A stretch of DNA of 61,684 nucleotides, filler included. It is 13 parts of 13 records of this genome, joined end to end, with 100 filler letters (N's around TTAATTAATTAA, not from the genome) between each part and the next. Parts side by side here need not be neighbours in the genome. Positions count along the whole stretch, not along the records: positions 58,107 to 61,684 come from SRR15195285_10331; 12 more parts are not named here. The stretch is one strand, 5' to 3'. Shown piece after piece: positions 58,007 to 61,684 of this stretch (the stretch's first letter is position 1; every line of letters begins with the position of its first letter). The notes under the pieces are model-generated. The model saw only the letters and a program-made list of their open reading frames with translations, made no database searches and had not been told where the DNA came from. A program made the translations under genes and the position numbers.

Positions 58007-58106
58007 NNNNNNNNNNNNNNNNNNNNNNNNNNNNNNNNNNNNNNNNNNNNTTAATTAATTAANNNNNNNNNNNNNNNNNNNNNNNNNNNNNNNNNNNNNN
58101 NNNNNN
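58007..58106. other. Artificial contig spacer
   Basis: N44-TTAATTAATTAA-N44. Confidence 0.99.
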
Positions 58107-58655
58107 GGGGGGGGCGGGGGGGGGGGTCAGTCACGCTGCTCTGCGCCAGGAGGTCATCCACCGAGAGCAGGTGGAATGCATAGAGCTCTGCAAGGGAGCA
58201 AGGGATAGGAGGCTCCCGACCAGCACCTCGGTGCCGCTCCCGGCCAGCAGCCACCACCGGCGAAAGTGACTAAAAACGGGGACTCTTGATCAGGAGAGAG
58301 GTCCGGATCTCCGAATCAGCAATCAGGTTCAGTGTTCACCAGAGCAACACTCGAAACACAGAACACCCGAAGGATCCGCCCCAGTCGATTTCAAGATTCC
58401 GGAACACTGAGACTCACAGGGGACGAATTGGAATTCAAATCACCAAGCAGTCTCAAAGTCCCTCACGCCTCAGCTCGCTACTACCGCTAGCGAGGCTAGG
58501 CTACAGCCGAGACATACGAGAGGACGCAGGGGGGGGAGCGACAGAGGGCAGGACAGCAGCACCTACACCCGCTCGCCTTCCTTCAAGGGGCGAGGCGGGG
58601 CGTCGTGAGCAGCGTGGGGCCGCAAGAGTTGGCGGGGAAGCGAGTGTGCCGCACG

Positions 58656-59805
58656 ATGCCGAAGCGTGCCCGCGCCGCCGCCTCGAGCCCCGACGACGAC
58701 GAGCGCCCGTCGAGCCGCCGCAGCTCGTCGACGCAGTCCTCACAGTCGAACCAGGGCAAGGGGGTGCGTCCTGAACCGTTCCCGAGCGCCGCAGCCGTTG
58801 CGTTGCTCCGCCTTTCCCTGACACGCGCTGGCCCGTCGTGCGCAGGCGGCCCAGCTGCATAGCCTGAGCAAGGAGGCCGAGGAGCGTCTCGTGCGCTCTG
58901 TGTTCCGTAAGGTCATGTTCATGCACACCAAACGCATCGCCGCCACCCGCAAGGATATCACGGAGGCCGTCGGCGACACATACCAGAAAACGGTGGTAGA
59001 TCACGTGATACGCCAAACGCAGGCGCGGTTCGAATCCATCTGCGGTTTTCGAATGGTCGAGGTAACTGGTGAGTTCCCCTCCGGCTCGCCACCAGAGCCT
59101 CTGGCTGCGCCGTCAGCCTGACTGCTGCGCACGCCGGACTCGACAGGCAAAAACTGCAAGAGTTTCATGTTGCAGGCTTCTGAGGACCTGCTCGAGCAGG
59201 GGTCGAAAGAGCCGGCGCTCGCCGTTGGGACCTCGGTCGACGTGGACCGCCATGCAGTCAACGCGCGCGGGGAAGGCGGGCCGGCCAAGATCACAGCGGT
59301 CGGTGAGGACGGGTCGTTTACAGTCAGATATGTGGCGGGCGGAAACCTCCAGAAAAATGTCCCTCGCGAAGCGCTCCGCGTGACGGACCAGGCCTCGTTC
59401 GCGAACGAGGGCGATGCTGCAACTGCTGGCCTGCTGGCCGCTGTCGTCGGTCAAATCGTGCTCTCGAAGGGCGGGATCAAGAAGGATGAGTTCTGGTCGC
59501 TGCTGAATGAGATGGGGGTCCAGGAAACAGACAAGGATCATCCGATGCTCGGCAACATCAAGTTGTGCATCGACAACTTCAAGCGCCAGCAGTACATCGA
59601 CCAAGTTACGACAAAGTCCAAAGTCGATCACAGCACCACGATCTCGTTTCATCTCGGCCAGCGCAGCAAGCAGGAGCTTGTCAAACTCAAGCTTCGCGAG
59701 TTCCTCGATGGCCAAATGGGAGACTGTCTGGACGACGATGACTTTGATGGCCTCTGTGAGACGGTGTGGCCAAGCACAGAGGAAGATGCCGATGAGGTGA
59801 TGTGA
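58656..59805 (+). CDS. NSE3: NSE3/MAGE-domain protein (SMC5/6 subunit-like) with a Tudor-like insertion (329 aa)
   Basis: Introns 58764-58845 and 59069-59146. WH-A: LVRSVFRKVMF...RKDI...QARFESICGFRMVEV...SFML. WH-B: GLLAAVVGQIVL...EFWSLLNEMGV....HPMLG...FKRQQYI...FHLGQRSKQE. Confidence 0.75.
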
Positions 59806-60029
59806 ACGCGATCCATCAAGATTCTCAGGTAGCTTGCGGCGGACGTCCTGCATCGTGAATATAGGCCCCCCCTCGCGTTGAGCCAACACATACTAGTACT
59901 AGTAGCTGAGCCGAAGGGCTTAATTTCAGGAATTCATTTGTTAACGTAATATTGCTCTAGCTATATCTAGTTACTCGAAGGCCGCGTCAGAAAACTGTTG
60001 CGCACAGAACCAGGAAGCATTCAGTTAGA

Positions 60030-61684
60030 TCACTGCGGAGGCGGTGCGATACAAAGTGTGGCCAAGCCGCCAACTGCAGAGACGGAGCATAGGAACAGAT
60101 CGCTACGCACATCCATCAGCTGCCTGCCTGACTTCGCGTTCATATTCCAATGGACCATCCAGAACACCTGTCGTGCTGATCTACGGAAGAGCTCTATGCC
60201 TGTCCCATACTTCTCCTTCCGCTCACCGTACGGGCAATAGAGACCATCCATTTTAATCAGCAGTTCGGCCCCAGTGCTACACATTACGGAGAAACCGTGA
60301 CTCGGATTTAGGACTCCTGCCAGCATGAGCTTTTTCACCTGCAGATAGCACATTGCCGCACAAACTCCGATGTCAGCTGCCAACAAGCTCGAGACCGGCG
60401 GGCGAGGTCAGGAAGGCGAGAGAATCGGAAAGTGAGAAAATGCCCTGGGGAAGCACAAGCGCACGGGACAGCAGTTGAGCGCGGCATGTCATACCTGCTC
60501 CTGCTCCGTTTCGTCCGTCATCACACCGTGCTCGAGTAACAACAACAATACGTCGCACACATTGAAGATCACCTGATCATCGGTTGACTCCCGCCCTGCC
60601 AGCGCCAGCACTTGCCCGGCTGCCCCGTAGTCTGCGACCCGGCGGAAGTTGTCTTCATACTGTTCCTTTTCAACTTCCGATTCCTCGGCCTCCGCGTGAA
60701 TGGAAGTTTTTACGTCTACAGACTCCTTCGATATAGGGTTTTTGACGTCTTTATCGGGACGCGTGATCAAGACCACCCGATTGCCAGGCGCACCTTCACT
60801 CTCATGTTCTAGACCCAAAAATTCAGCCACAATGTGGGCCTTGCGTCTTTGCAGCGCTGTCAAACCGTCGAACGCGTGTACTTCGGCCGCTTCTTCTTCG
60901 TCGCCGTCGTCTTCTGCTGCTTGATTTGGGTTGACACCGCCATCTACACCGTCGTGGAGGAAATGCTGAAGTTGATGCCAGTAGTCACTCATCTCGTCGT
61001 CGATTTGAATATCCTGAATGCTGAATGCGTGAGACAGCAGCGACTGAACAATTCTGCAACCTTCCACATGCAACTCCGTCGTCACCTCTCGGTCCGTTGC
61101 ATCTATGCCAGGACGTGTAGTGGCATCGAAATTGAAGCAGCGAACCAACACGACATTCCATATGTCTTCGTCAAGCATTGTTTTACGATTTTCCGCGTCT
61201 CCGGAGAAAGCACAGTCCATTAAGGACTCAATTGTAAAAGTCAGCATGTCCGCCTGCATCATTCTGATCTGGTCTTCACCCAGCACGTAGTCTTCGTCCA
61301 CACCGAGCATCTCGTCTCCCTTATAGTCGGTGGTCACGTCACCAGGTGCGTTCACCATGCGCTTGAACTTTTTAGGTAGAGATCGCAGTTTGCAGCTGAA
61401 TTTACTAGGGGCAACGTTGTCCTCTCCAGATTTGTATCCGAAAGAGGTAGACGGCGCATCACTACCGTCAAATTTTCCGTAGCCGTCGCACAAAGACGCG
61501 AACAGTGACATCAAGGACGTGACTCCAATTCCGTCCATGACCTCAGGCACACAATCGAAACGGTTGCAAATGAACATGAGCAACTGACTTGCCATGTACT
61601 GCTGCAGCAGGTTGCCACTCTGGAGCCACTCGTCAAGCATAGGGAGCGCCACTCCTGCAATGGAGGGGATATCGTTCGAGTCTG
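60030..61684 (-). CDS. Helical (ARM-like) protein with an R3H domain; 5'-partial
   Basis: HAFDGLTALQRRKAHIVAEFLGLEHESEGAPGNRVVLI matches R3H (RxxxH). Intron 60494-60339 joins ORF 60489..61652 to 60030..60386. Confidence 0.7.

Noticed and set aside
11689-58106. Twelve identical TTAATTAATTAA repeats as a CRISPR-like or biological repeat
   Set aside because: Each is centred in exactly 44+44 Ns; they are artificial six-frame-stop spacers
37948-59805. SLX1, TIR, NSE3 and RCC1-BTB as a defence or DNA-repair gene cluster; likewise hexosaminidase, sialidase and MFS as a glycan-utilisation locus
   Set aside because: The genes are on different contigs, so adjacency is an artefact of concatenation
2969-61684. 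Alternative genetic code or stop readthrough to explain broken ORFs
   Set aside because: Almost every break is resolved by a canonical GT-AG intron that restores conserved motifs in frame, and TAA, TAG and TGA are all used as real stops
1-61684. tRNA, rRNA or snRNA genes
   Set aside because: None recognisable by eye; tRNAscan-SE and Rfam scans are needed to exclude them

Overview
This window is not contiguous DNA. It is 13 short contigs joined by 12 artificial 100-bp spacers (N44-TTAATTAATTAA-N44), so gene neighbourhood across spacers means nothing. The DNA is a compact, GC-rich eukaryotic nuclear genome. I placed 32 short canonical GT-AG introns by hand (63-357 nt). Gene content implies a flagellated protist with peroxisomes; a marine picoeukaryote SAG/MAG such as Picozoa is my unverified guess. 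Recognisable products: SRCR membrane protein, two Cys-rich multi-TM surface proteins, EF-hand/ShKT/thioredoxin ER protein, UFD2/UBE4, Ded1/DDX3-like helicase, GH20 hexosaminidase, chromodomain protein, SLX1, PAN-domain membrane protein, tetraspanin-like protein, RCC1-BTB protein, ARM-like/TIR protein, SUT/SLC45-like MFS carrier, ABCD transporter fragment, GH33 sialidase, FAM166-like axonemal protein, NSE3/MAGE and an R3H protein. Two spliced gene ends carrying PTS1 signals (SKL, SHL) are missed or only partly shown by the ORF track. The most notable observations are: a dispersed hairpin family (TGACA-nn-GGGCATAAG/CTTATGCCC-nn-TGTCA) on three contigs with covarying stems; a possibly circularly permuted SRCR array; an ARM-TIR-coiled-coil candidate NADase; NSE3 with a Tudor-like insert; a tandemly duplicated unknown membrane protein; a recurring TpA-palindrome/(CG)n upstream signature; and 3'-skewed introns. 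All domain calls are motif recognition by eye; no searches were run.
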